Shown one piece after another: positions 33,085-41,749 of a stretch of 64,000 nt of DNA. How positions within the stretch are numbered: position 1 is the stretch's first letter; each line of letters opens with the position of its first letter. The position numbers were made by a program, and so were the translations under genes. The stretch comes from an uncultured Chloroflexia bacterium. Its GTDB lineage: Bacteria > Chloroflexota > Limnocylindria > Limnocylindrales > CSP1-4. The notes below the pieces were generated by a model that saw nothing but the letters and a program-made list of their open reading frames with translations, searched no databases and was not told the DNA's origin. The stretch covers positions 491,262 through 555,261 of the forward strand of contig CAVSMY010000010.1 in the NCBI GenBank assembly GCA_963729175.1. The letters run 5' to 3'.

Positions 33085-34785
33085 TCACGGTGCGGGCAGC
33101 CAGGTCGGCTCTTCCAGATGCTCCCCCGGCTCACCGATCGGCAGCTGCATGGCGTCGGTGCCGTCGGCGCGCATGACCCATAGCCGACTGACGTTGCCCG
33201 TGACTCGGCTGAAGACGATCCACTGACGATCCGGCGACCACCAGGGATGACTGTCAGACGTCTCCCGGGACACCTGTTCGAGGCCGGCGCCATTCACCCC
33301 GATCGTCCAGATGCCATTCCGGTTCGTCGCGCGCTCGAGTCCATCGAACGCGATCCGTTGGCCATCCGGAGACCATGCTGGCGCGAAGACGTCGAAGCCG
33401 TGCGTGAGCTGGATGCCGTCGATCTGGGCCTCACCGGCGAACGGGACCACCCACAGGTCGCCGGGCCGATCCCGGCTGAAGCCCCTCGACGGTTCGCCCC
33501 CGCCGACATCCCGGGCCACGAGGATCTCGCGTCCTGATGGCGACACCTCAGCGTCAGTCCCCTCGAGCCCGATCGGCCGAACGGCCCCGCCGCCCGCGTC
33601 GAGCACGCGATGGGGCGTCTTGAGGTCCGGATCGTAGGCGCCGATGACGGACTTCATGAGCAGGAGGTCGCCATCCGCGAGCCAGCTCTCGATCCCGGCC
33701 GGCCAGAGGGGCTCGCCACCGTCGAAGGTGTCACTCGTGTAGTGGGATGCTCCCGGCCACGTCACCGGCGCGGCGCCATCGAGCGTCCCGACCCATACGC
33801 CATAGGCGTTCGAGTAGGCGATGCGTCGTGAATCCACCGATGGGGCATACGAGTCCACGTCGAAGAACAGGTCGGACACCTCGTCGGCGTGCGAACCATC
33901 CGGGTATGCCCACCAGACCTGATGCCGGAGCTGGCCCTGCCCGTCGATCTGGCGGCTGAGGTACACGATGGCGCCCGGGAGATCCGATGCCGAGATCCTG
34001 GTCTCCGACGGGGACGGCGTGGGGAGCGTCGAGCCGCCAGAGCCGACGGTCGGGCTCGGGCTCGACCCGTTCGTGCCCGTGGGCCGCATCAGGACTAAGC
34101 CTGCCAACGGACCGACCAGGCCGATGATGACGACGACCCCTGCCCCCGCGGCGATGTACCGCCAGCGGCGCAGGCCGCTGGACCGGGACCCTGCTCGCGT
34201 CACCCTGGATGCGACCGTCGTCGGCGACACGGCGAACAGCTCGTACGGCTCGGCGATCCCCTTGAGGCGGGGTCGGCCTCGGGACCGGAACGAAACGTCG
34301 AGGGTCGTGCGCACCAGTGAACGCACGGTGTCGGTCACAAGGACCTCGCCCGGCGCGGCCACCGAGCAGACGCGGGCGGCGACGTTCACGGCCGAGCCGA
34401 CGAAGCCGTCGCCATCCTCGACCGACTCACCGGCGTGGATACCAACGCCGACGCGGATCGGCCGAGCGGGCTCCTCGGAGCTCGATCGGGCAGCCGTCTC
34501 GACGATGGCCAGGCCGCAGCGGACGGCGGCGCTCAGCGAGCTGAAGACGACATAGAAGCTGTCGCCCTCGGTCCGGATCTCACCGCCTCCGGTCGAGGCG
34601 AGAGCCTCACGGACGAGCACGCGATAGGCGGTCAGCAGGTCTGCCGCGGCGCGGTCGCCGTTGGTCTCGGCGAATGCCGTGTAGTCACGCAGGTCACAGA
34701 ACAGGAACCCGCGCGTCGTCCCGGACTGCGAGGGATCCCCGACCCCGGGTGGTCGGGTCGGTGCGAGATCGTCGACATCCCCCAC
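33085..34785 (-). CDS. Class III nucleotide cyclase - TM - TolB-like (PD40) propeller protein
   Basis: FLFCDLRDYT, RTEGD, VGIHAGE, VNVAARV; TM; PAWSPDG and PWWSPDR repeats; GTG start 6 nt after TATGAT. Confidence 0.85.
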   Translation of the reverse strand: MGDVDDLAPTRPPGVGDPSQSGTTRGFLFCDLRDYTAFAETNGDRAAADLLTAYRVLVREALASTGGGEIRTEGDSFYVVFSSLSAAVRCGLAIVETAARSSSEEPARPIRVGVGIHAGESVEDGDGFVGSAVNVAARVCSVAAPGEVLVTDTVRSLVRTTLDVSFRSRGRPRLKGIAEPYELFAVSPTTVASRVTRAGSRSSGLRRWRYIAAGAGVVVIIGLVGPLAGLVLMRPTGTNGSSPSPTVGSGGSTLPTPSPSETRISASDLPGAIVYLSRQIDGQGQLRHQVWWAYPDGSHADEVSDLFFDVDSYAPSVDSRRIAYSNAYGVWVGTLDGAAPVTWPGASHYTSDTFDGGEPLWPAGIESWLADGDLLLMKSVIGAYDPDLKTPHRVLDAGGGAVRPIGLEGTDAEVSPSGREILVARDVGGGEPSRGFSRDRPGDLWVVPFAGEAQIDGIQLTHGFDVFAPAWSPDGQRIAFDGLERATNRNGIWTIGVNGAGLEQVSRETSDSHPWWSPDRQWIVFSRVTGNVSRLWVMRADGTDAMQLPIGEPGEHLEEPTWLPAP

Positions 34786-34848
34786 CCCGCCATCATATGC
34801 GTCGATCACGCCCACGCATGCGCACCCGGTCAGCTGCGCCGCCCCGCG

Positions 34849-35547
34849 TCACGCCTCCGCGACGGTGCGAGTGCGCCGAAGGACCGCCTCGAGCATCGCC
34901 GGGGTCAGCTTGCCAGTGAACGTGTTCTGTTGGCTCGGGTGGAATGAGCCGAGGAGCACGTACGGTCCGACGGTCGCCTCCGCCGCATGCCCGAAGCGCG
35001 GGCGAGGCCGAGCCGCCGGAACGCCCGATGACGCGAGGGCCCGCAGTGCGCCATCCCAGGCGAACGCCCCGAGCGCGACGATGACCCGCAGCCTCGGCAG
35101 CAGCCCGATCTCGCGGACGAGGTACGGCAGGCAGCGGTCGCGCTCCTCCGGTGTCGGCTTGTTCGCCGGCGGCGCGCATCGGACGACCGCCGCGACACGC
35201 GCGCCGGTCAGCACCAGCCCATCGCCGGCTCGGACCGAGGTCGCCTGGTTCGCGAACCCCGCGGCATGAAGAGCATCGAACAGGAAGTCACCCGAGCGGT
35301 CGCCGGTGAAGACCCGCCCCGTCCGATTGCCGCCATGGGCCGCCGGCGCGAGACCCACGATCAGCACCGCCGCGTCTGGGTCCCCGAACCCCGGGACAGG
35401 TCGGCCCCAGTAGGTCTCATCCCGGAACCGCGCGACCTTCTCCGCGGCAACCTGCTCGCGCCAGGCGACAAGCCGGGGGCAAGCGCGGCACGCCGTCACC
35501 TCCGCGTCCAGCCTGTCGAGCCCCGCCGCGAGCTCCGCCCGGCTCAC
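34849..35547 (-). CDS. Uracil-DNA glycosylase family 5 (UdgB-like)
   Basis: CRACPRL, GLAPAAHGGNRTGRVFTGDRSG, RCAPPANKP, HPSQQN. Confidence 0.93.
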   Translation of the reverse strand: MSRAELAAGLDRLDAEVTACRACPRLVAWREQVAAEKVARFRDETYWGRPVPGFGDPDAAVLIVGLAPAAHGGNRTGRVFTGDRSGDFLFDALHAAGFANQATSVRAGDGLVLTGARVAAVVRCAPPANKPTPEERDRCLPYLVREIGLLPRLRVIVALGAFAWDGALRALASSGVPAARPRPRFGHAAEATVGPYVLLGSFHPSQQNTFTGKLTPAMLEAVLRRTRTVAEA

Positions 35548-35554
35548 CGCCGGG

Positions 35555-36364
35555 TCACGTCCGCAACAGCCCGTCCAACCGACGTCCGGCGATCGTCAGC
35601 CCGACCACGCCCATGATCAGGAGGTAGGCGATGTGGACGAGGATCGTCGCGTCGACGCTGCCGGTCGTTAGCTGCCGAAGCATCGCGACGCCCTGGTACA
35701 GCGGCGTCACCTCGACCAGCAGCCGGAGGGCCGGTGGGTACGCCGTGATCGGGTAGAACGTCGCCGAGAAGAGGAACAGCGGCAGGGTGATGACGATGAT
35801 GAAGTCGAAGTCCTGCCAGGTCCGGATGAACGTCGTGCCGGCCATCCCGACGGCGCCGAAGGCGAACCCGATGAGCAACGCGCCGGGGATGCACAGGATG
35901 GCCAGCGGCGACGTCGCGAGCCCGAGGAGCACGATCACGACGAAGAAGCCGATCGCGTAGAGCGCACCGCGGATCAGCGAGAAGCCGATCTCGCCGGTGG
36001 CGATGTCGCGGACACCCATCGGCGTCGACAGGATGGCGTCGTACGTCTTGGCATAGCGGAGCTTGAAGAAGACGTTGAACGTCGACTCGTAGACCGCGCC
36101 GTTCATCGCCGAGGTCGCCAGCAGGCCCGGCGCGACGAACACCGCGTACGGGATCGGCTGGCCGTCGGGTCCCGGCACGGAGCCGATCAGCGCCCCGAGC
36201 CCGAACCCGATGCCGACGAGATAGAAGAGCGGCTCGAAGAAGCCCGACAGGAGCACCAGCGGCGTCCGTCGGTAGTTCATGAAGGAGCGCTCGATCATCC
36301 GGTCGGCGCGCGGCGCGAACGGCAGCCCGGGCAAGATCCGCGTCGTCGGCGTCAGGCTCGTCAT
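35555..36364 (-). CDS. ABC-2 type permease (NodJ-like)
   Basis: FFEPLFYL, FVAPGLLA, YDAILSTP, LFSATFYP. Confidence 0.92.
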   Translation of the reverse strand: MTSLTPTTRILPGLPFAPRADRMIERSFMNYRRTPLVLLSGFFEPLFYLVGIGFGLGALIGSVPGPDGQPIPYAVFVAPGLLATSAMNGAVYESTFNVFFKLRYAKTYDAILSTPMGVRDIATGEIGFSLIRGALYAIGFFVVIVLLGLATSPLAILCIPGALLIGFAFGAVGMAGTTFIRTWQDFDFIIVITLPLFLFSATFYPITAYPPALRLLVEVTPLYQGVAMLRQLTTGSVDATILVHIAYLLIMGVVGLTIAGRRLDGLLRT

Positions 36365-37128
36365 GTCACGAGCGCCCGGCGGAAGGTGACCAGCGCGGCG
36401 GTCGAACCGGCGGCGACGAACAGCAGCAGGACGGCCACGTCGAGGATCGCCAGCGGGTCGACGACGCCGAGCGTCAACGAGCGGGTCAGTCGGACGCCGT
36501 GCCACAAGGGTGTGAACGCGGCCAGGATCCGGAGCGGCTCGGGCAGCTGGTCGATCGGGAAGAACGTGCCCGAGAGGATGAACAGCGGCGTCAGCCCGAA
36601 CCGAAAGATCATCGTGAAGCCCTGGTCGTTCTGTTGCGTCGCGGCGTACGCCAGGATCGGCGCGGCGAACGCGAGGCCGGTCAGGACCGCGGCCGGCAAG
36701 GCCAGGATCGCCAGCGGCGAGCTGACGAGCCCGAACAGGGTCATGACCAGCAGGAACGCGCCGCACGACAGGCACAGCCGGGCGGCGATCCAGGACAGCT
36801 CGCCGTAGACGATGCCGCGGATCGTGATCGGCGTCGCCAGCATGCCGTGGTAGATCCGATCCCACCGGATCCGGCTCATGATCGTGTATGTCGAGGCGAA
36901 CCCGCCGGTCTGCATCGCCGCGGCGGCGAGCAACCCTGGTGCGAGCCAGGCGGCGTAGGTGACACCGCCGAACGCGTCGCTCGCGCCGCTCCCGACGAAC
37001 GCGCCCAGCCCGAACCCGAGCGAGGCGAGGAACAGGACCGGCGAGAGGAAGTTCGTGACGATGCCGCCGCGCCAGGTGCGGCGATAGACGCGGCCGTTGA
37101 ACTCGAGGACGCGGGCGGTCGCCGTCAT
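36361..37128 (-). CDS. ABC-2 type permease (NodJ-like)
   Basis: PVLFLASLGFGLG, LAPGLLA, LSGTFFPIDQLP. Confidence 0.92.
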   Translation of the reverse strand: MTATARVLEFNGRVYRRTWRGGIVTNFLSPVLFLASLGFGLGAFVGSGASDAFGGVTYAAWLAPGLLAAAAMQTGGFASTYTIMSRIRWDRIYHGMLATPITIRGIVYGELSWIAARLCLSCGAFLLVMTLFGLVSSPLAILALPAAVLTGLAFAAPILAYAATQQNDQGFTMIFRFGLTPLFILSGTFFPIDQLPEPLRILAAFTPLWHGVRLTRSLTLGVVDPLAILDVAVLLLFVAAGSTAALVTFRRALVT

Positions 37129-37170
37129 CGGGACGCCGTCATCGGGACGCCGTCATCGGGAGGCGCTCAC
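37121..37170 (-). repeat. 14-bp tandem repeat encoding chained minigenes MSASR*, MTASR*, MTASR*
   Basis: Starts at 37170 (GTG, overlapping the ATPase stop), 37156, 37142 and 37128 (permease). Confidence 0.88.
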
Positions 37171-38201
37171 TCGATCAGCGAGCGGCCGGTCAGCCGGAGG
37201 AAGACATCCTCGAGGGTCGAGCGCCGGACGAGGACCGTCTCGGGTCGGAGACCGCGTTCGTGGGTCGCGACGACGGTCGCCTCGCCGTCGTCGGAGTACA
37301 GCAGCACCCGGTCGGGCAGCGTCTCGACCCGCTCCGCGAGCCCGTCGAGCTGGCCGTCGAGCGACTCGTGGACGCCGGGCGCGAAGCGGAGCTCGGCGAC
37401 CTCGCGCGTCGAGTACTGCTCGATCAGCTCGCGGGGGCTGCCCTCGGCGACGATCCGGGCCTTGTCCATCACGACCAGCCGATCGCAGAGCTGCTCCGCC
37501 TCGTCCATGTAATGGGTGGTGAGGATGAGCGTCTTGCCCTGCTGCTTGAGCCGGTACAGGCGATCCCAGACGAGGTGGCGGGCCTGTGGGTCGAGCCCCG
37601 TCGTCGGCTCGTCAAGGAGCATCACGTCGGGCTCGTTGATCAGGCTCCGGGCGATCGTCAGCCGCCGCTTCATCCCGCCCGACAACGGCTCGACCCGGCT
37701 GTCGGCGCGGTCGAGCAGCTGGACGAACTCAAGGAGCTCGTCCGCGCGGCGGCGAGCCTCGGCTCGGCTCAGGTCGAAGTAGCGGCCGTAGATGATCAGG
37801 TTCTCGCGGACCGTCAGCTCCATGTCGAGCGAGTCCTGCTGCGGCACGACGCCGAGCCGGGCCTTGATCAGGGCCGGCTCGCGGGCCGGGTCCATGCCGA
37901 GGATCGAGAGCGTCCCGGCGGTGATCGGGCTGACGCAGCCGATCATCCGCATCGTGCTCGTCTTGCCGGCCCCGTTGGGACCGAGGAACCCGAACGCCTC
38001 ACCGCCGGCGACGTCGAAGTCGATCGAGTCGACCGCGACGAACTCGCCGAACTTCTTCGTCAGTCCGTGGGCGTGGATGAGCGGAGTCGCGGCGTCGCGG
38101 GCCGCGCCCCGCGTGGTGGTGTCGGGCGTGGGAGCGTCGGGGGCGCGGGTCGTGGGCCCGTCGACCTGGGGGACGGCGGCGACCTGGGCGGGGTCGGTCA
38201 T
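37167..38201 (-). CDS. ABC transporter ATP-binding protein (NodI-like)
   Basis: GPNGAGKT, LSGGMKRR, LLDEPTTGLD, TTHYMDEAE; start MTDPAQ 9 nt after TACGAT. Confidence 0.93.
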   Translation of the reverse strand: MTDPAQVAAVPQVDGPTTRAPDAPTPDTTTRGAARDAATPLIHAHGLTKKFGEFVAVDSIDFDVAGGEAFGFLGPNGAGKTSTMRMIGCVSPITAGTLSILGMDPAREPALIKARLGVVPQQDSLDMELTVRENLIIYGRYFDLSRAEARRRADELLEFVQLLDRADSRVEPLSGGMKRRLTIARSLINEPDVMLLDEPTTGLDPQARHLVWDRLYRLKQQGKTLILTTHYMDEAEQLCDRLVVMDKARIVAEGSPRELIEQYSTREVAELRFAPGVHESLDGQLDGLAERVETLPDRVLLYSDDGEATVVATHERGLRPETVLVRRSTLEDVFLRLTGRSLIE

Positions 38202-38282
38202 CGGACCGGCATCGTACCGCCGGGCTGCCGGGCTGCGCCTTGCAGCGGCGGCCAGGGTTGGACGTTCTGCCTCGCTTCCCCG

Positions 38283-38371
38283 CGCCATGCCACCTGCGCC
38301 ATGCGACCTGTCGCCATGCCACCTGTCGCCATGCCACCTGCGCCATGCCACCTGTCGCCATGCCACCGTGC
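38283..38371. repeat. Intergenic 14/15-bp tandem repeat GCCATGCCACCTG(T)C x6
   Basis: Direct reading; no spacers. Confidence 0.9.
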
Positions 38372-38545
38372 GCATTTCTGTCATCCGTCTCGCTGGCGGT
38401 CGTTGGTCAGCGGATCCCGGCCAGATGTTCGCCAGGTGATCGCGTGACAGGGAACGCGGTACTTCTCACGCTCGACCGGCCGCCGCCTTACCTCACGGTG
38501 CTGACTTGTGACCGTGTGGTTGTCATCTGACAAGGATCCGCCCTA

Positions 38546-38628
38546 CCGGCCCACGCGAAGGGCACCGCGCCGCCCGCCGGCCCACGCGAAGGGCACCGCG
38601 CCGCCCGCCGGCCCACGCGAAGGGCACC
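38546..38628. repeat. 31-bp tandem repeat x2.7
   Basis: CCGGCCCACGCGAAGGGCACCGCGCCGCCCG. Confidence 0.9.
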
Positions 38629-38782
38629 ACGCAGGCCCGCCGACCCAGACAGGCCTGCCGACTGTGGCCGGCCGCCTCACCAATGATCCGCCGCTGGCGC
38701 AACGCCGCAGAGTGTGGTAGAAACATGCTACCTGCAGGTCGCAGAAAGAAGCGATACGGCCGCCTCTCGAGGTCCCGCTCCC

Positions 38783-39322
38783 ATGGCCCCCCCGACACCC
38801 GCCGCCGACACTCCTGCCCCGGCGCCGCCCGGCGCCCACACGACGTTCATCCCGGACGATGTCGCCCGACTCCTCGACGCCGCCCTCGTCGGCGAGCTGA
38901 CCGTCGTCGGGCGTGGCGGCCGCCCGATCACCTACCCGCTCATCCCGCTGTTCGATGGCGAGAAGGTGTACCTGACGAGCTCGGTGCTGTTCAGCCGGAA
39001 GCTGGACCACATCAAGGCCGACCCGCATGTCAGCCTGTCGATCAGCGACCCGATCGCGACCGGCGGCCTGCCCGGCCGGGCGACGATCCAGGGCACAGCC
39101 CGGGTCATCGACGAAGACCCCCACGGCGGCTGGGAACGCCTCCTGCCGATCTGGGAGCGCAAGGAGCCAGCGATCGTCGCGTTCCTGAAGATGCGGTTCG
39201 CGCTGCCGCTGTTCTTCGAGCGATCGCTCATCGAGATCACGCCACTCCGTGTCCTGTCCTGGCCGGAAGGCGATGCGTCGAGCGCCCCGATCGTCGCGAT
39301 CGCCGAGCCGAAGGCCGCCTGA
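38783..39322 (+). CDS. Pyridoxamine-5'-phosphate oxidase-like (split-barrel) protein
   Basis: GELTVVGRGGRPITYP...RKLDHIKADPHVSLSI...ATIQGTARV. Confidence 0.8.
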   Translation: MAPPTPAADTPAPAPPGAHTTFIPDDVARLLDAALVGELTVVGRGGRPITYPLIPLFDGEKVYLTSSVLFSRKLDHIKADPHVSLSISDPIATGGLPGRATIQGTARVIDEDPHGGWERLLPIWERKEPAIVAFLKMRFALPLFFERSLIEITPLRVLSWPEGDASSAPIVAIAEPKAA

Positions 39323-40755
39323 TGACCGCGACGACCGCCCGTCCGCTCACCCTCCCGCCGACCGCGAACGACGGCCTGACCCTCCGGGTCGGGCTCGAGA
39401 AGCTCACGACCTATCCCCACCTCATCGTCACCTGGGTCGAGCCGGACGGCTTCCCCGTCTCGGTCGCGATCACGGCGACGATCGATCCGACCGGCGGCAG
39501 CGCGACCTTTGCGCCACCGGCCGGCCTGACCGTCCCCACCGACCGCGAGGTCTCCCTCACCGGAAGCCACATCCATCCCCAGCCGGGCTACGGCTACGAC
39601 GAGCGTCGCCACGTGACGGTCTGGGGTCGGGTGACCCCGACCGAGGATGGCCGCCTGACCCTGGCCGGCTCCGACGCCTGGGGCTGGGACGAGGCCGAGG
39701 TCCCGTTCATGGAGTACAGCGAGCGCAGCGTCGGGCGGGCGCGCTCGTACTTCGACGCCCTCTCGGCCGAGCGCGGCACGCCCGTCCGTCCGAAGCTCGC
39801 CCTGCCATGGCTCGCTCTCCGGGCGACCCGGCTGCCGTTCCTCACCGCGACCCTCGTCCCGGTCCTGCTCGGCATCGCCATCGCAGCGGTGGCCGGTGCC
39901 TTCGACCCGATCGCGGCGCTGCTGACGATCCTCGGCGCATGCTTCGTCCAGCTTGGGCTCAATGTCGCGAACGATGTCTTCGACACGACCCAGGGCGCCG
40001 ACGACGCGAACGTCACGCCGACCGCGTACTCCGGCGGGTCGCGGGTCATCCAGTACGGCCTCGTGTCGCTGCGCCGGATGGCCCTCCTGTCGCTCGGGTG
40101 CTATGTCGCCGCGGGCCTGATCGGCCTCGTCCTGCTGGCGATGCATCCGTCGACGGCGCTGCTCGCGATCGGCATCGTCGGCCTGATCATCTCGGTCGAG
40201 TACACCGCCCCGCCGCTCAAGCTCGTCTATCGCGGGCTCGGCGAGATCGCCGTCGCGATCGGCTTCGGGCCGCTGATGCTGCTCGGGGCGTATGTCGTCC
40301 AGACAGGGTCGCTCGCCTGGGAGCCGTTCATCGCTTCGATCCCGGTCGCCCTGCTCGTCATGCTGATCCTGTACGTGAACGAGATCCCCGACCGACGCGG
40401 CGACTCGCGGGCCGGCAAGCGGACGCTCCCCGTCCAATTCAGCCGGGCGACGATCGCCCAGGGCTATCTCGTCGCGGCGGCCGCGGCGTTCGTCATCCTC
40501 GTGGCCGGAGTCGCCACGGGCGTCCTGCCGTGGCTCGCGCTCATCGCCCTGGCTGGCATCCCGACGGCCCGTCGGGTGTACCACGGGATCGTCGCCTCGT
40601 ACGACCAGCCGTATGTCCTGATGGGCTACATGGGCCAGAACATCAAGCTCCACCTGATGGTCGGGGGCCTCCTGCTCGCGGCCTACGTCGCCGTCCTCGT
40701 CATCGGCGCGATCGCGCCCTCGGCACCGCTGTACCTGGCGCTCGGCCTGCGCTGA
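39322..40755 (+). CDS. MenA/UbiA-family prenyltransferase with N-terminal split-barrel-like domain
   Basis: ATRLPFL, NVANDVFD...GAD, SGGSRVIQ, YTAPPLKLVYRGLGE, NEIPDRRGDSRAGKRTL; TGATG coupling to the upstream gene. Confidence 0.88.
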   Translation: MTATTARPLTLPPTANDGLTLRVGLEKLTTYPHLIVTWVEPDGFPVSVAITATIDPTGGSATFAPPAGLTVPTDREVSLTGSHIHPQPGYGYDERRHVTVWGRVTPTEDGRLTLAGSDAWGWDEAEVPFMEYSERSVGRARSYFDALSAERGTPVRPKLALPWLALRATRLPFLTATLVPVLLGIAIAAVAGAFDPIAALLTILGACFVQLGLNVANDVFDTTQGADDANVTPTAYSGGSRVIQYGLVSLRRMALLSLGCYVAAGLIGLVLLAMHPSTALLAIGIVGLIISVEYTAPPLKLVYRGLGEIAVAIGFGPLMLLGAYVVQTGSLAWEPFIASIPVALLVMLILYVNEIPDRRGDSRAGKRTLPVQFSRATIAQGYLVAAAAAFVILVAGVATGVLPWLALIALAGIPTARRVYHGIVASYDQPYVLMGYMGQNIKLHLMVGGLLLAAYVAVLVIGAIAPSAPLYLALGLR

Positions 40756-40789
40756 CCCGGGCCTGGCGCTGCGCGCGCAGGCGCGGGCC

Positions 40790-41749
40790 TCAGCGCTCGA
40801 CGAAGGTGTCGAAGGACTGGTGCCAGATCTCGCCCGGCCAGCGGTACTCGACGCGGGCTTCGAGGGGATAGAAGACCGAGGTGTAGAGCGTCCCGAAATG
40901 GCCGAGGCCGGCGGAGTCGAGGAGCGGCGGGATGAGGAAGGCGCCGACGAACGCGTCGCGGGTCATCGCCGGATCGGCCAGCAACGCGTCGATCAGGCCT
41001 TCGCGCTCATGGGATCGGGTCGCGGCGGTGTACTCGGGCCAGTCGACGACGTCCTGGTGGTTCGTCGCCGCGGCGACGGGCCGGATGACCGGCCGTCGAT
41101 CGGGGGCCAGGTATGCGGTCGCGAACGCGCCGGTCGCGTCGAGCATCGTGAGGTTGTGGGCGAGATGGAGCGGCAGGCGCCCGAGCGCGGCTGACGCCTC
41201 GGCGACCGTCGCGCACGTCTCGAGCAGGTAGCGGACGATGAGCGGGATCCCGAAGCCCGTCCCCAGGACGCGTCGCCCACCGAAGGTCAGCGAGACCGCC
41301 AGGCCGTCCTCGTTCATCCCGTCGAGCAGCCCCCACAGGCAATCGCTCGAGCCGATGACCCGTCGCCCGGTCCACGCCGTCCACCACACGATGCCCTCGA
41401 GCCGGTCGGGCCGGTAGTCGTAGTCGCGGACCAGCGCGAGCTCCCCGGGTCGAGCCCACACGCCCTGCGAGCAGGCCGCGAGGTACGGCGGCGGCTCGAC
41501 CATCGAGAGCATCCGGGCGACGACGTCGCCACCGCCGGCGAGATCGACGAGGCGCTCGTACGTCGGGATCAGCTCGGGCATGTGGTCGCGGAACAGCCGG
41601 ACCGAGTCGGCGTACGACGGTCGAGCCGCGTCGCCCTCGCGGAGGAACCAGTCGCGATAGGCCGGCCAGCGCTGCTCGAAGACCGCGGTCCAGATCGGCC
41701 CCGGGGTCGCCTCGGCGAGGGCGCGGAAGGTGATCGGCTCGAGTATCAC
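40790..41749 (-). CDS. C45 family (Ntn-fold) peptidase/acyltransferase
   Basis: ACSQ nucleophile, RDYDY, DGMNEDGLAV, TNHQ. Confidence 0.88.
   Translation of the reverse strand: MILEPITFRALAEATPGPIWTAVFEQRWPAYRDWFLREGDAARPSYADSVRLFRDHMPELIPTYERLVDLAGGGDVVARMLSMVEPPPYLAACSQGVWARPGELALVRDYDYRPDRLEGIVWWTAWTGRRVIGSSDCLWGLLDGMNEDGLAVSLTFGGRRVLGTGFGIPLIVRYLLETCATVAEASAALGRLPLHLAHNLTMLDATGAFATAYLAPDRRPVIRPVAAATNHQDVVDWPEYTAATRSHEREGLIDALLADPAMTRDAFVGAFLIPPLLDSAGLGHFGTLYTSVFYPLEARVEYRWPGEIWHQSFDTFVER

Noticed and set aside
34793-34852. GTGA-started short ORF after udg
   Set aside because: Its stop does not overlap the cyclase start, which has its own TATGAT -10
38283-38371. CRISPR array, or N-terminal extension of the ABC ATPase
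   Set aside because: No spacers; mixed 14/15-bp units; better start at 38201
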